Assembly: GCA_963749215.1 (NCBI GenBank)
Contig: CAVVMA010000018.1
Coordinates: 51,513 to 115,512, forward strand
Direction of reading: 5' to 3'
Source of the DNA: an uncultured delta proteobacterium
GTDB lineage: Bacteria; Desulfobacterota; Binatia; Binatales; Binataceae
Length of the DNA: 64,000 bases
This document shows positions 1 through 12,300 of this stretch, piece by piece. A program made the translations under genes and the position numbers. Each line of letters starts with the position of its first letter. Positions within the stretch are counted from its first letter, which is position 1. The notes below the pieces were generated by a model, which did not search any database, was not told the DNA's origin, and was given only the letters and a program-made list of their open reading frames with translations.

Positions 1-2829
1 GCGCGCGGCCAACTGAAATACCAGCCGCACACGCTGTCATTCGGCGGAGTTCAGGCCGGCACTTCGTATGCGAAGCCGGTGACCCTCAGCAACAACAGCC
101 CTGTCGCGATCAACATCAGCCGCATCTCCGTCGCTGGGAGCGGATACACGGCCAGCCAGAACTGCGTCAGCACGCTGGCGGCCGGTGGCAGCACTTGCCA
201 GGTCCTGGTCACCTTCAGTCCGATCCGCGCCAGGAATCTCAACGGAACCAAAATGACCGGGACTCTCACGGTTAAGGACAACGGCACGAATAGTCCGCAG
301 AAGGTGACATTGTCCGGGGTAGCCTACGGTACTCCGCCCGCCGCGACTCCGACACCGAGTCCGACTCCGACGCCAACATCTCCCCCGACGCCTACTCAGG
401 CCCCGACGCCAACACCAACACCGTCTGCAGCGCCAACTCCGACGCCAACACCGACCCCGCCTCCAACGCCAACACCGACGCCGACCCCAACGCCTACGCC
501 GACTCCGACACCGAGTCCGACTCCGACGCAAACCCCAACACCGACGCTGACCCCGACCCCGACACCAACACCAACCACAACGGCGACACCAACACCAACA
601 CCAACCACAACGCCGACGCCAACACCGACCCCGACGCCAAGCCCAACTTCGACACCAACACCGACCCCAACTCCTACTGCGACGCCGACGCCGACCCCGA
701 CCCCGACCCCGACGCCGACACCGACACCGACGCCAACGCCGACACCGACGCAGACGCCGACACCGACGCCAACGCCGACCCCGACGCCGACGCCGACACC
801 GACACCAACGCCGACGCAGACGCCGACACCCACGCCGACGCCAACTCCAACGCCAACGCCAACACCGACGCCGACGCCAACGCCCACGCCGACGCCAACA
901 CCAACACCGACGCCAACACTCACGCCCACGCCGACGCCGACACCAACTCCGACACCGACGCCGGCGCCCGCTATCAGTGGCTCGGTGATGGGTGGCTTGA
1001 CGCCGGTAGTTGGTTCGACGGTCGAGTTGTACGCGGCCGGCGCCGCCGGCTACGGCTCGGGCTCTGCTTCGATCGGGACGGCAATCACGAACGCCAGCGG
1101 CGCCTTTACCGTTTCATACGGCTGCCCGGCGGGAAATCCGCTGACCTATATGATCGCGCGAACAGGCAATGTGGGCGGCGGCTTCAACTTGGCCGTCAGG
1201 CTGATGACGGCGCTTGGTCCGTGTAACAATCTTTCGCCTTCCACCAACGTCACCGTCAACGAGTTGACTACGGCGGCAACCCAGTGGGCGCTGGCGCAGT
1301 TCATCGATCCGAGCGGGAACGACATCGGCGCGCCGTCGACTAACGCGACCGGGCTGCAAAACGCCTATGCAGGCTTCGCCAACCTGGCGGACATAAGCCC
1401 GGGCAATCTGTCGGTGAGCGGCAATCCGTCGAGCTTCTTGCCCAGCGCGCCGGCGTGTGGCGCGGTTCCGCCGTCCGGTTGCGACGCGCTCGAGCGGCTG
1501 AACACGCTGGCCAACATCCTGGCGGGATGCGTGGAGAGCGGCGGATCGATGTCGAGCGCCTGCACGGCGCTAATGTGCAACGCGACCCCCGGGCTGATCT
1601 ACACCACTTCCTGCTCGGGGTTTCCTACCATCAGCGACACGCTGGGGGCGGCGCGCCTGATTGTCACCAACCCGGCGAACAACGTGAGCGCGTTGTACGG
1701 ACTTGCAGCGGCCAGCACGCCATTCATCCCGGCGCTGGGAGCAGCGCCCGACGGATGGGAGATGGGACTCAACTTCGCCCCCGCGGGCGCCTCGTTCAGT
1801 GCTTCGGTTTCGCTGGCGCTGGACGAATCCGGCAACGTCTTTGTGGCGAATTCCAACGCCCCCGACGGCGGCGGCAGCGTGAGCGAGCTGACGGCGGCGA
1901 GCAGTTACGGCACGGGCCTCAACTTCGCGCCCATGGCCGCGGTGTTCAATGCCCCCAGCTCGATAGCGCTGGACAAATCCGGCGACGTCTTTGTCGGCAA
2001 CATTGGCGCCGTTGACGGCGGCATTGGCACCGGCAGCGTGAGCGAGCTGACGGCCGCCAGCCACTACGTCACAGGCCTCAATTTCGCGCCCACGGCCGCG
2101 GCGTTCAACAGCCCCCCCTCGATAGCGCTGGACGGATCCGGCGACGTGTTTGCAGCGAATTCCAACTTGCCCAGCAGCGGCGGCAGCGTGAGCGAGCTGA
2201 CGGCGGGGAGCAGTTATACTACGGGCCTGAACTTCTCCGCCGCAGGTGCGTCGTTCGACGAGCCCTTCTCGGTAGCGCTCGACAAGTCCGGCAACGTCTT
2301 TGTCACGAATGAAAACGGCAACAGCGTGAGCGAGCTGACGGCGGCGAGCAGTTACGCGACGGGCCTGAACTTGACGGCCTCGGGCGCGTCGTTCGATGCC
2401 CCGCGATCGATAGCACCGGACAAATCCGGCAACCTTTTTGTGGGGAATTTCGCCGGCAGCGTGAGCGAGCTGACGGCGGGCAGCAGCTACGGCACGGGCT
2501 TCAACTTCGCTCCCGCGGGCGCGGCGTTGCTTGGCGTCGGCTCGATAGCCGTGGATGGATCCGGCAACGTCTTTGTAGCGAATGGCCTCGGCAACAGCGT
2601 GAGCGAGCTCACGGCTGGCGCTTATGGAACAGGCTTCAACTTCGCCCCCACGTGTGCGGCGTTTGACGACCCCGAATCGATAGCGGTGGACGCCTCCGGC
2701 AACATCTTTGTGGCGAATTTCGGCAACGGCGTGAGCGAGATTATGGGGCTGGCCAAGCCGGTGATCACGCCCGTCCAAAGCTGCCTCGCCTTCTGGGCGA
2801 AGCATTCCGGACAAGCCTGCGTGCCATAG
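1..2829 (+). CDS. Large secreted/surface protein, 5'-partial: Ig-like (choice-of-anchor D/ASH-like) module, very long Pro-Thr linker, central domain and C-terminal NHL-repeat beta-propeller
   Basis: Frame is open from base 1 ([20 protein letters not shown]...), so the track start at 79 is internal. Ig-like motif [20 protein letters not shown], about 210 aa of PT repeat, then repeated [28 protein letters not shown]-like units. Confidence 0.8.
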   Translation, partial: ARGQLKYQPHTLSFGGVQAGTSYAKPVTLSNNSPVAINISRISVAGSGYTASQNCVSTLAAGGSTCQVLVTFSPIRARNLNGTKMTGTLTVKDNGTNSPQKVTLSGVAYGTPPAATPTPSPTPTPTSPPTPTQAPTPTPTPSAAPTPTPTPTPPPTPTPTPTPTPTPTPTPSPTPTQTPTPTLTPTPTPTPTTTATPTPTPTTTPTPTPTPTPSPTSTPTPTPTPTATPTPTPTPTPTPTPTPTPTPTPTQTPTPTPTPTPTPTPTPTPTPTQTPTPTPTPTPTPTPTPTPTPTPTPTPTPTPTPTLTPTPTPTPTPTPTPAPAISGSVMGGLTPVVGSTVELYAAGAAGYGSGSASIGTAITNASGAFTVSYGCPAGNPLTYMIARTGNVGGGFNLAVRLMTALGPCNNLSPSTNVTVNELTTAATQWALAQFIDPSGNDIGAPSTNATGLQNAYAGFANLADISPGNLSVSGNPSSFLPSAPACGAVPPSGCDALERLNTLANILAGCVESGGSMSSACTALMCNATPGLIYTTSCSGFPTISDTLGAARLIVTNPANNVSALYGLAAASTPFIPALGAAPDGWEMGLNFAPAGASFSASVSLALDESGNVFVANSNAPDGGGSVSELTAASSYGTGLNFAPMAAVFNAPSSIALDKSGDVFVGNIGAVDGGIGTGSVSELTAASHYVTGLNFAPTAAAFNSPPSIALDGSGDVFAANSNLPSSGGSVSELTAGSSYTTGLNFSAAGASFDEPFSVALDKSGNVFVTNENGNSVSELTAASSYATGLNLTASGASFDAPRSIAPDKSGNLFVGNFAGSVSELTAGSSYGTGFNFAPAGAALLGVGSIAVDGSGNVFVANGLGNSVSELTAGAYGTGFNFAPTCAAFDDPESIAVDASGNIFVANFGNGVSEIMGLAKPVITPVQSCLAFWAKHSGQACVP
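331..969 (+). repeat. Pro-Thr dipeptide tandem repeat (coding low-complexity linker)
   Basis: Degenerate CCN-ACN hexamer repeat translating to (PT)n with occasional Q, S, A, L. Confidence 0.95.
1790..2745 (+). repeat. About seven coding NHL-type repeats (about 42-48 aa)
   Basis: AGCGTGAGCGAGCT(G/C)ACGGC recurs six times in frame, plus a final variant (GVSEIMG). Confidence 0.85.
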
Positions 2830-2883
2830 CGATCTCAGAACATCATGAGTCGGCAACGGCCGTTCTGACCGGCCCCCTCGGGA

Positions 2884-3516
2884 GTGATGGAAGATCGGTG
2901 TTCAGGAAGGAACGATGTTGTGAGTGAGACGCTTCCCGTTGTCTACCTGGCCAGACACGCTGAGACGTCCTGGAGCCTCTCGGGCCGGTACACGGGACTT
3001 GCCGATCTGCCCTTGACCGAGCGCGGCCAGCGCAACGCGCGCCAGCTTGGGGAACGGCTGCGCGGACTCATTTTCGCCAAGGTCTTTACCAGCCCCTTGC
3101 TGCGCGCTGCCCGGACCTGCGAGCTGGCCGGCTTCGGCGCCGCCGCCGAATTCGATCCCGACCTGGTCGAATGGGACTACGGCCAATATGAAGGCCGACG
3201 TATCGACGAGATCCTCGCGGAGCGGCCGGACTGGCAACTGTTCCGCGACGGTTGCCCCGGGGGGGAGTCGCCGGACCAAGTCGGCGCGCGAGCTCAACGC
3301 GTAGTGAGCCGCGTGCGCGCCGTCGAAGGGAGCGTGCTGCTCTTTTCGAGCGGGCACTTCCTGCGCGTGCTCGCTGCCTGCTGGCTCGGACTCGAACCCG
3401 CGGCCGGCAGGCACTTCCTGCTGAGCACGGCCAGCCTCAGCGCGCTCGGCTACGAACGCGACCTCGCCCAGCCGGTGATCCGCCTGTGGGATGACACGCG
3501 GCATGTGGGCACCTGA
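2884..3516 (+). CDS. Histidine phosphatase (phosphoglycerate mutase-like) family protein
   Basis: LARHAET catalytic motif, FTSPLLRAART, LVEWDYG, HFLRVL. True start may be the GTG at about 2920. Confidence 0.9.
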   Translation: MMEDRCSGRNDVVSETLPVVYLARHAETSWSLSGRYTGLADLPLTERGQRNARQLGERLRGLIFAKVFTSPLLRAARTCELAGFGAAAEFDPDLVEWDYGQYEGRRIDEILAERPDWQLFRDGCPGGESPDQVGARAQRVVSRVRAVEGSVLLFSSGHFLRVLAACWLGLEPAAGRHFLLSTASLSALGYERDLAQPVIRLWDDTRHVGT

Positions 3517-3617
3517 CCTGATCTCCTCGGCTATTTTCGGTAAGATGGCCCGTAAGCATTCGCGACCGGGCTTGGGCGACTGCGAACGAAACTAGCGATT
3601 CTGAGGAAAGCCGGTTT

Positions 3618-5318
3618 ATGGAAGTCAGTCCACTCGCAGGCAAGCCTGCCGACCCGTCGATACTCATAAACGTGCCCCGGCTCATAACGGCCTATTACAC
3701 GGGGCAGCCGGATCCGTCCGTGCCCGCGCAACGCGTGGTGTTTGGAACCTCGGGGCATCGCGGCTGCTCGCTGGACAACTCCTTCAACGAAGCGCACATC
3801 CTCGCGATAACCCAGGCCATCTGCCTTTACCGCAAACATCAGGGCATCGACGGGCCGCTGTATATCGGCATCGATACCCATGCGCTCTCGGAGCCGGCCT
3901 TTGCCAGTGCGATGGAGGTGCTGGCGGCCAACGGCGTCGAGGTGATGGTCGATGCGGCCGGCGGCTATACGCCGACCCCGGTAATCTCGCACGCGATTCT
4001 CACCTACAACCGCGGGCGCGATCGAGGCCGCGCGGACGGTATAGTGATTACGCCATCGCACAACCCGCCGCGATTCGGCGGCTTCAAATACGATCCGCCG
4101 CATGGCGGTCCTGCTGACACGCAAGTAACCGATTGGATCGAACAACGGGCCAACGCGCTGATCGCCGCCGAGCTGCGCGAAGTGGTGAGAGTGCCGTTTG
4201 AGCGCGCCCGCACGGCTCCCACCGCGCATAAGCACCCATACCTCGACTCTTATGTGAGCGATCTCGCCGGCGTGATCGACATGCAGGCAATTGGCGACAG
4301 TAAAGTTCACATCGGAGTCGATCCGCTGGGCGGCGCCAGCGTTGCCTATTGGGACGAGATCGGCGATCGCTACAAGCTGAACCTGGAGGTCGTGAATCAC
4401 ACCGTCGATCCGACTTTCCGCTTCATGACGGTCGATTGGGACGGCCAAATCCGGATGGACCCTTCGTCGGCGTACGCGATGGCGCGGATGGTCGGGCTGA
4501 AGGATCGCTTTGACGTTGCCTTCGCGTGCGATACCGACGCCGACCGCCATGGGATCGTGAGCCACAGTCACGGCCTGCTCGAGCCCAACCACTATCTCGC
4601 TGCCGCGATCGCATACCTGTTCGCGAACCGCCCTCGATGGTCCAGGACGGTCGCCGTCGGCAAGACCGTCGTCAGCACCGGCATGATCGATCGGGTCGCG
4701 GCGCGTCTGAACCGCCGGCTGATCGAGGTCCCGGTGGGTTTCAAGTGGTTCGTCGAAGGATTCATGGACGGCTCGCTCGGCTTCGGCGGCGAGGAGAGTT
4801 CGGGCGCCACCTTCCTGCGTCGTGACGGTACGGTCTGGACGACCGATAAGGACGGACTCGTACCGGACCTGCTCGCGGCAGAGATCACGGCCCGGACCGG
4901 ACATGACCCGGGCGAGCATTACGCCAAACTGACCGCTGAATTTGGCGATCCGGTGTACGAGCGCATCGACGCGCCGGCGACACTCGAGCAGAAAGCACGG
5001 CTGGGAAAATTGTCGTCCGAGGCGGTCACGGTCTCGAAGCTCGCAGGCGAGCCGATCGTAGCCAAGCTCACCAACGCGCCGGGCAACAACGCTTCGATCG
5101 GCGGCCTCAAAGTGATCGCGGCGAGCGGCTGGTTCGCCGCGCGGCCTTCGGGAACGGAGAGCATCTACAAGATTTACGCGGAAAGCTTCAAAAACCGGTC
5201 CCATTTGGAGGCCATTCTGAGCGAGGCCTATGAAATCGTGAACAACGCTCTGGCCGGCTCCTCCGGCGAGTCTGGCAATCCGGCGACGGCAGAGCGTAAG
5301 GTTGGAGTCGCATCATGA
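3618..5318 (+). CDS. pgm: Phosphoglucomutase (alpha-D-glucose-1,6-bisphosphate dependent)
   Basis: [16 protein letters not shown] (phosphoserine loop), DTDADRHG (metal loop), [19 protein letters not shown]. Confidence 0.97.
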   Translation: MEVSPLAGKPADPSILINVPRLITAYYTGQPDPSVPAQRVVFGTSGHRGCSLDNSFNEAHILAITQAICLYRKHQGIDGPLYIGIDTHALSEPAFASAMEVLAANGVEVMVDAAGGYTPTPVISHAILTYNRGRDRGRADGIVITPSHNPPRFGGFKYDPPHGGPADTQVTDWIEQRANALIAAELREVVRVPFERARTAPTAHKHPYLDSYVSDLAGVIDMQAIGDSKVHIGVDPLGGASVAYWDEIGDRYKLNLEVVNHTVDPTFRFMTVDWDGQIRMDPSSAYAMARMVGLKDRFDVAFACDTDADRHGIVSHSHGLLEPNHYLAAAIAYLFANRPRWSRTVAVGKTVVSTGMIDRVAARLNRRLIEVPVGFKWFVEGFMDGSLGFGGEESSGATFLRRDGTVWTTDKDGLVPDLLAAEITARTGHDPGEHYAKLTAEFGDPVYERIDAPATLEQKARLGKLSSEAVTVSKLAGEPIVAKLTNAPGNNASIGGLKVIAASGWFAARPSGTESIYKIYAESFKNRSHLEAILSEAYEIVNNALAGSSGESGNPATAERKVGVAS

Positions 5319-5377
5319 CGCTGCACAACCTGAACGTGCATTTGGTTCTGCGCTCTTGCTGATTCAGAGGTGACACC

Positions 5378-6469
5378 ATGAAAGCTACTCAAATGTTGCA
5401 TAACCTGGGGCAAAGTATCTGGCTCGACAACATCACGCGCGAGTTTGTTGACCAGTGGAACGCTCCGCCGCTATATCGACGAATTGTCCGTAACCGGTCT
5501 CACGTCGAATCCGACGATCTTCGATCAGGCGATCAAGGGCAGCGCTGACTACGACGCCGCGATCCGAAAAGGACTCAGCGAGGGCAAATCGGAAGAGGGA
5601 CTGTTCTTCGGGCTGGCGCTCGAGGACCTGACTCAGGCGGCCGACCTGTTCCGTCCGATTCACGACCAGACTCGCGGCGTCGATGGCTGGGTGTCGCTGG
5701 AGGTCTCTCCTCTGCTTGCCCATGAAACCAAGACCACGCTGGCCGCGGCCAAAGATCTGCACGCGCGGGCGCGGCGCCCCAATCTGTTCATCAAGATACC
5801 CGGGAACCAGCGAGGGCCTGCCCGCGATCGAGGAAGCGATCTTTCGCCGGCGTTCCCATCAACGTGACGCTGTTGTTCTCGCGCGAGCAGTACCTCGCGG
5901 CTGCCGAGGCATACCTGCGCGGTATCGAGCGGCGCATCGCGGCGGGACTCGAGCCGGAGGTCGGCTCGGTAGCCTCGGTGTTCATCAGCCGCTGGGACGT
6001 CGCGGTGTCGGGCAAGGTGCCCGAGGCGCTGCGCGGCCAGCTCGGCATCGCGATCGCCAAACGCACTTACAAGGCCTATCGTGAACTGCTCGATTCACCA
6101 CGCTGGCAAACTATCCTCAATAGCGGTGCGCGTTCGCAACGCCTGCTCTGGGCCAGCACCGGAACCAAGGATCCGAAAGCCTCCGACATTCTGTACGTTA
6201 AAGCGCTGGCCGCGCCTTTCACGGTGAACACGATGCCCGAGGGCACCCTGAAGGCCCTGGCCGATCACGGCCAGCTCGATTCGATCTTGCCGGCCGACGG
6301 CGGCGATTGCGAAGAAGTCCTGGCGCAGTTCGCCAAGGCCGGAATCGATGTTGTCGCACTGGCTGCTCAGCTCCAGGATGAAGGAGCGAAGTCGTTCGTG
6401 AAGTCCTGGAATGAGCTGATGGAGTCGATCGATTCCAGAAGTTCGGCGATCAAGAAGAAGGCATCATGA
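5378..6469 (+). pseudogene. tal: Transaldolase (type 2/3), interrupted by three +1 frameshifts; probably an intact gene with sequencing errors
   Basis: ATG 5378 gives MKATQMLHNLGQSIWLDNITR; other frames give GLTSNPTIF, VSLEVSP, NLFIKIPG, EGLPAIEEAI, INVTLLFS, SVASVFISRWD, QRLLWASTGTKDP. Frame jumps at about 5444, 5801 and 5843, each in a homopolymer. Confidence 0.9.
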
Positions 6470-8106
6470 ATCCCGCACCATTGTCCCGGCGACCGCCGTG
6501 GGCCGCTCTGGAAGCTCATTATCGGAAGGTCAAGTCGCTCCATCTCCGGCAACTGTTCGCCGACGATCCGAATCGCGGCGAGCGGATGACGGCCGAGGCG
6601 GCCGGCGTCTACCTGGATTACTCCAAGAATCGCGTCAACGACGAAACGCTCAAGCTACTCGTTCAGCTCGCCGAAGAATCCGGTCTGCGAGCGCGGATCG
6701 ACGCGATGTTCAGCGGCGAGAAAATCAACGTCACGGAAAAGCGGGCGGTCCTGCACGTGGCCTTGCGCGCGCCGAAAGGCGCGTCGATCGTCGTCGACGG
6801 CGAGAACGTGGTGCCTCAGGTTCATGCCGTCCTCGACCGGATGACCGATTTTTCCAACCGCATCCGCAGCGGCGAATGGAAGGGCCGCACCGGCAATCGC
6901 ATCCGTAACGTGATCAACATCGGCATCGGCGGCTCCGACCTCGGGCCCGTGATGGCCTACGAGGCGCTGAAGCACTACAGCGACCGCGCGATGACGGTCC
7001 GCTTTGTCTCCAACGTCGATGGCACCGATTTCGTGGAGGCGACCCGCGACCTCGATCCGAAAGAGACGCTCTTCGTCATTTCGTCAAAGACCTTCACGAC
7101 GCTGGAGACGATGACCAACGCTGAGAGTGCGCGCGAATGGTTTCTCAAAGGTTCCGGCGGCGACACCAAGGCGGTGGCCCGCCATTTCGTCGCAGTTTCC
7201 ACCAACGCGGCGGAAGTCGCGAAGTTCGGCATCGACACCGCCAACATGTTCGGTTTCTGGGACTGGGTTGGCGGGCGCTACTCGATGGACTCGGCGGTCG
7301 GCCTCTCCACGATGCTGGCCATCGGGCCCGACAACTTCCGCGCGATGCTGGACGGCTTCCACCAGATCGACGAGCATTTCCGCACGGCGCCGTTCGAGCG
7401 CAACCTGCCGGTGCTCATGGGGCTCCTGTCGGTATGGTACAACGACTTCTTCGGTGCTCAGACCGTGGCGGTGTTGCCGTACGAGCAATACCTCAAGCGA
7501 TTCCCGGCCTATCTCCAGCAGTTGACGATGGAGAGCAATGGCAAACACGTCACGCTCGATGGGACTGAAGTAGATTATCAGACCGGGCCCATCTATTGGG
7601 GCGAGCCGGGAACCAACGGCCAGCACTCGTTTTACCAACTCATCCATCAGGGCACGCGGCTTATCCCTGCCGATTTCATCGCGTTTGGCCACGCGCTCGA
7701 CCCGCTGGGGCGGCATCATGACATCCTGCTCGCAAATGTCTTCGCCCAAGCCGAGGCATTGGCGTTCGGCAAAACGCCCGAGCAGGTGAAGGCCGAGGGC
7801 ACCCCGGATTGGCTCGTACCGCATCGCGTATTCGAGGGCAACCGGCCCTCCAACACGATTCTGATGGACCGGTTGACGCCGGCTGCATTGGGCAAGCTGG
7901 TCGCACTCTACGAGCACAACGTCTTCACACAGGGCGCCATCTGGAATATCGACTCGTTTGACCAGTGGGGCGTCGAGTTGGGCAAGGTCCTGGCCCAGCG
8001 CATCATTCCGGAACTCGAGAGCAAGACGGAACCCACGCTCGGCCATGACAGTTCGACGAATAAGCTAATCCGGAGCTACCGCAAAATTCGGGAAGCCTCG
8101 CGATGA
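6466..8106 (+). CDS. pgi: Glucose-6-phosphate isomerase
   Basis: [69 protein letters not shown] overlap with tal. Confidence 0.98.
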   Translation: MNPAPLSRRPPWAALEAHYRKVKSLHLRQLFADDPNRGERMTAEAAGVYLDYSKNRVNDETLKLLVQLAEESGLRARIDAMFSGEKINVTEKRAVLHVALRAPKGASIVVDGENVVPQVHAVLDRMTDFSNRIRSGEWKGRTGNRIRNVINIGIGGSDLGPVMAYEALKHYSDRAMTVRFVSNVDGTDFVEATRDLDPKETLFVISSKTFTTLETMTNAESAREWFLKGSGGDTKAVARHFVAVSTNAAEVAKFGIDTANMFGFWDWVGGRYSMDSAVGLSTMLAIGPDNFRAMLDGFHQIDEHFRTAPFERNLPVLMGLLSVWYNDFFGAQTVAVLPYEQYLKRFPAYLQQLTMESNGKHVTLDGTEVDYQTGPIYWGEPGTNGQHSFYQLIHQGTRLIPADFIAFGHALDPLGRHHDILLANVFAQAEALAFGKTPEQVKAEGTPDWLVPHRVFEGNRPSNTILMDRLTPAALGKLVALYEHNVFTQGAIWNIDSFDQWGVELGKVLAQRIIPELESKTEPTLGHDSSTNKLIRSYRKIREASR

Positions 8107-8115
8107 CTGACGGAT

Positions 8116-9288
8116 ATGTCGCGAGTCGTTTTCTGCCTGAATAGCGGCTCCTCGTCGCTCAAATTCGCTCTCTATCGAATCGGTGACGGAGAAGAGACTC
8201 TGCTTGCGCAGGGTGCGGTCGAGCGCGATGGCCCGCAAGGCGCCCGTCTGTGGATCAACAGTGCGCAGCAGAAAATCGAGACCGTAGGCCAAGATTTGTT
8301 CTCGTCCTCAGGGACATCTTTGCAGGCGGTCTTTGCGCAGCTTCAGCGCCTGGAGCTTCCGCATCCCGATGCCGTAGGTCATCGACTGGTGCACGGCGGG
8401 CCGCATCACATGGCTCCGGAGCGGATCACGGACACTCTGATTGACGAACTGCGAACTTTGGTGCCGTTCGCGCCATTGCATCTGCCCGACGAGATCGCCG
8501 GCATTGAAGCGATGGCCCGCCTCTCCAACTTGCCGCAGGTCGCCTGCTTCGACACTGCCTTTCACCGCAAGATGCCCGAAGTGGCACAGCGTTTCCCCTT
8601 GCCGAATTCCCTGTGGGAGAAAGGCATTCGCCGCTACGGCTTTCACGGCATCTCGTACGAATACATCATGCGGACCCTGGGTGATAATCCGCCAGCGCGG
8701 GTGATCATCGCGCATCTCGGAAACGGCGCAAGCATGGCGGCGGTGAAGGACGGAAGTCCGCTCGATACGACCATGGGATTCACGCCTACCGGCGGCTTCA
8801 TGATGGGAACGCGCAGCGGCGACCTTGACCCCGGACTGATTCTCTACTTGCTGAACCAGGGGCATTTCGACACGCGAGGGCTCGCGCAGCTCGTGACCGA
8901 TCAGGCGGGGCTGCTCGGTGTATCAGGCATCAGCTCGGACGTGAAGACACTGCTCGAACGAAGAGCCGCCGACCCGCATGCCGCGCTGGCAATCGAGATG
9001 TTCTGCTACCAGTTGCGCAAGTATATCGGCGCCCTCACCGCCGCGCTGGATGGACTCGATCTCCTGGTATTTACCGGCGGCATCGGCGAACGGGCCGCTC
9101 CGGTGCGATGGGAGGTCGGCAGTGGCCTGGAGCATCTCGGCGTCAAGCTCGATCGCGCCCGAAACGACGCCAATGCCGATACGATCAGCGCCGACAACAG
9201 CCGCTGCGTGGTTCGCGTCATCCCGACCAACGAGGACCTGATGATCGCCCGCCACACCTACCAGCTAATCTTCGCCGCTGCGGTTTGA
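8116..9288 (+). CDS. ackA: Acetate/propionate kinase
   Basis: CLNSGSSSLKF, VGHRLVHGG, FDTAFH, RRYGFHGISY, HLGNGAS, MGTRSGDLDPG, FTGGIGE, PTNEDLMIAR. Confidence 0.95.
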   Translation: MSRVVFCLNSGSSSLKFALYRIGDGEETLLAQGAVERDGPQGARLWINSAQQKIETVGQDLFSSSGTSLQAVFAQLQRLELPHPDAVGHRLVHGGPHHMAPERITDTLIDELRTLVPFAPLHLPDEIAGIEAMARLSNLPQVACFDTAFHRKMPEVAQRFPLPNSLWEKGIRRYGFHGISYEYIMRTLGDNPPARVIIAHLGNGASMAAVKDGSPLDTTMGFTPTGGFMMGTRSGDLDPGLILYLLNQGHFDTRGLAQLVTDQAGLLGVSGISSDVKTLLERRAADPHAALAIEMFCYQLRKYIGALTAALDGLDLLVFTGGIGERAAPVRWEVGSGLEHLGVKLDRARNDANADTISADNSRCVVRVIPTNEDLMIARHTYQLIFAAAV

Positions 9289-9372
9289 CATCGTGTGCCT
9301 TTGAGTGAGAGATGGAACTGAGGCGGGGCTCTTTGCACACGGGGCTTTTGAGCGCGGCAGTCGGAGGGCAAC

Positions 9373-12300
9373 ATGCGACAGGCCGGGCGTCGGGGGTTTT
9401 CTCGTTTGCACGGTCTTGTCCTGATTGCGGCCGGGGGTCTGTTGCTGCTGACCGGGTACTCAGCCTCGCTGGCTTTTGCTGAGGCGGCTTATCAATTCCT
9501 TCTGCTTCCGAACGCGGCGACACCGGAGTATCTGAACGCGCCGGCGACCAGCGTCGACATCTCCCGGAGCGCGCCGGCAGCCACTTCCGTTCCGGCCTGG
9601 ACGTTTATCGGACCGGAACATCTGAACGAGCCGGTGAATTTCGGCGGGCCTCTGTTCACGCCCACGGCGACACCCGCTGCGACACCTACTGCGACGCCGC
9701 CGGGAACCTACACCGCGACCGGCCGCGTGACCTCGATAGCCTTCGATTCGCAAAGCTCCAATATCTTCGTCGGTACCGCGAACGGTGGTGTGTGGAAGAG
9801 CGCCGACCTCGGAGCGACGTTTCAGCCGCTCACGCCCACGGTGCCCGCGTCATCGATCGGCACCGAAGCCATCGGCGCCATCGCGATCGACCCGAGCACG
9901 ACGCCCTCCACCCTCTATGTGGCTACCGGCGAGGCCAACAACAGCGCCGATTCGTACTACGGCCAGGGGATCTTCAAATCGACGAACCTCGGCAACAGTT
10001 GGAAGTCGCTGGGCGTGGGGCTCTTCAACCACGCCGCGTTCTCCAGGTTGGTGATCGTGCCGAACTCGCCGGGTCCCACTATCTTCGCGGCGGCCGGACT
10101 TGGGTTCAGCGCCGGCCGGGGCGATCCCGATTTCCAGGAAAACGCCGGGACAACGACCAACGGGCTTTTCCGATCGACCGACGGAGGTGGATCCTGGTTT
10201 CACTATGCGGGCGGAGCCTTCAAAACGGCGACTCCAACGCCTACGCCGATGCCGACGTCCACCGCGACGCCAGTGCCGCCACCGACGAAATTTTCGTGCA
10301 CCGTGCCAGGCACGGCTAATGAGCCCTGTCCGGCCAACGACGTTGCGATCGACCCGGGCAATCCCCTCAACGTCTACGTGGCAATCCAGACCGATGACGT
10401 CTTCGCATCCAGCGACGGCGGTATCACCTTTACGGCCGCCTGCTTCAGCAACGATGAACCCAGTTGCAGCTTTCCCCGCGTCCACAATCAGATCGGGCGC
10501 GCGAGTATCGCGGTCGGCCCTCACGCGCCCGGCGCGCCGCTGGCCTGCTCCGGTTCGACCAAGGCCTGCGGCACGGTGTACGTAATGCTCGGAGCGCCCG
10601 ACGGCGTCGAGTACAACGGATTCTTCAAATCAACCGACGGTGGCGGGACCTGGACTGCCGGGACGGTTCCCAGCTTCGTCTACCCGTTGAGTCACGAGAC
10701 GCTCGACGGGACGAGCTCGCAGGACTTGACGCTCTCGTCTTCCGATCAGACGCTCATGGCCGATCCTCTCGACTCGACCGGGAGCACCGTTTTCTTCGGC
10801 GGCGTGGGACTCTACGAGTCCACAAACTCGGGCGTGTCGTGGACTTTTATCGCGGGCAACGGCGGTACTCATTCCGGGCAGCACGCGTTGGCGTTCGATT
10901 CGATGGACAACAACACGGTATTCCTGGGCAACGACGGCGGCGCGTTCGAGTTTGCGCTCAGCGCGATCTCGGGCGGAAAGGCAACTTTCACTTCGCTGAG
11001 CAACACCATCGCGGCGGCGCAAATCCGGTCGATCGCGCCCCTTCCGACGAACAACAACTTTGCGTTCGCGGCCTCCGGCGATAACGGTCTGCTGAGGTTC
11101 AGCGCCTTCTCGCCAATCCCGGTCGGATGGCCCTCGGTGGATACCGGCGACGTTGGCATGGCTCTGTTCGACCATGCCGACCCGAATTTCGCCTACCACA
11201 CGTTCGCGACGACCGGCGCGGGCGCGTCCCTCTCGCGATCGAGCGACGGAGGAGTTACGTGGGATTCAGTCGATCCGACCGGATCGATCCAAAGCGCGAT
11301 GAGTCTCGCCCACGATGCGGGCGCAAACCTGTATCCACCGCTTGCGGGCGATCCAGCCGTGCCCGGCCGCGTATTTTTCGGGTCGCATTTCATCTACGAG
11401 TCGACCGACGCGATGCTCACGTGGCAGCGGCAGGAAAACACCGACCTGACCGGAGGATGCCCTGACGGAACGTGCGCGCTGCAGGACATCGAGTTCGCGC
11501 GATCCGACGAGACCAGGGCGTGGGCTCTGTCGATCGCCAGTAATTCCAACGGCGGTGTGACGAATCCTGCCGCGGCGCCCTTCACGATTTCATTCGTACC
11601 TCCGTTCGATACCACGTTCAAACTGTTCAACACGACTCAGGCCAATCTGAGCAATGGAGCGGTCTGGAACGATGTGACGGGGAACTTCACTTCCAATGTG
11701 GAAATCAACCTGCCCCAACTCCAGGCCACCGGAATCGCGGCCGATCCGAACAACCCGATGATCGCTTACCTGAGTCTTTCGGGCTCAAGGGCCGCGACCG
11801 GCGTCGGCCACCTGTACCGGACGACCAACTTTGGCGCTTCGTGGACGATGCTCGACGGCGCGTTCTTCTCGCCGACGGCGCTGCCTGACGTACCGGTGCT
11901 GAAGGTGATGGTCGAGCGCTCCGATGTTACCGGGTCGACGATCTACGTGGGCACTGATATCGGCGTCTATCGAAGCACCGACTCGGGCACGACTTGGGCG
12001 ACGTTCAACCAGGGTACCAATCCGCCGGTGCCGATTTTCGACCTCGAGGAGAACGACAACAATCTCATCTTCCTCGGCACCTATGGTCGCGGCGTCTATA
12101 CGATGGTCGCGCCCCAACCCGCGCCCGTCTCGCTGACGGTCAACCCATCGACGATCAAGTTCGGCAACTCGCTGGTGTTCGGCTCCAACGGCCAGGCTCT
12201 TATGCCGGTCGCCGTGAATCTGTCCGATCCGAAGAACTCGAAGCAATCCAGACCCGTGTTGATGACGAACGCTCCGCGAATTACCGGCGATGCGGATTTC

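Noticed and set aside
396-929. Minus-strand (VG)n ORF and the overlapping Ala/Ser ORF
   Set aside because: Antisense shadows of the Pro-Thr repeat.
1876-2620. Regularly spaced 20-bp direct repeats (AGCGTGAGCGAGCTGACGGC) that resemble a CRISPR array
   Set aside because: They are in-frame coding repeats of NHL blades, the 'spacers' are homologous to each other, and there are no cas genes.
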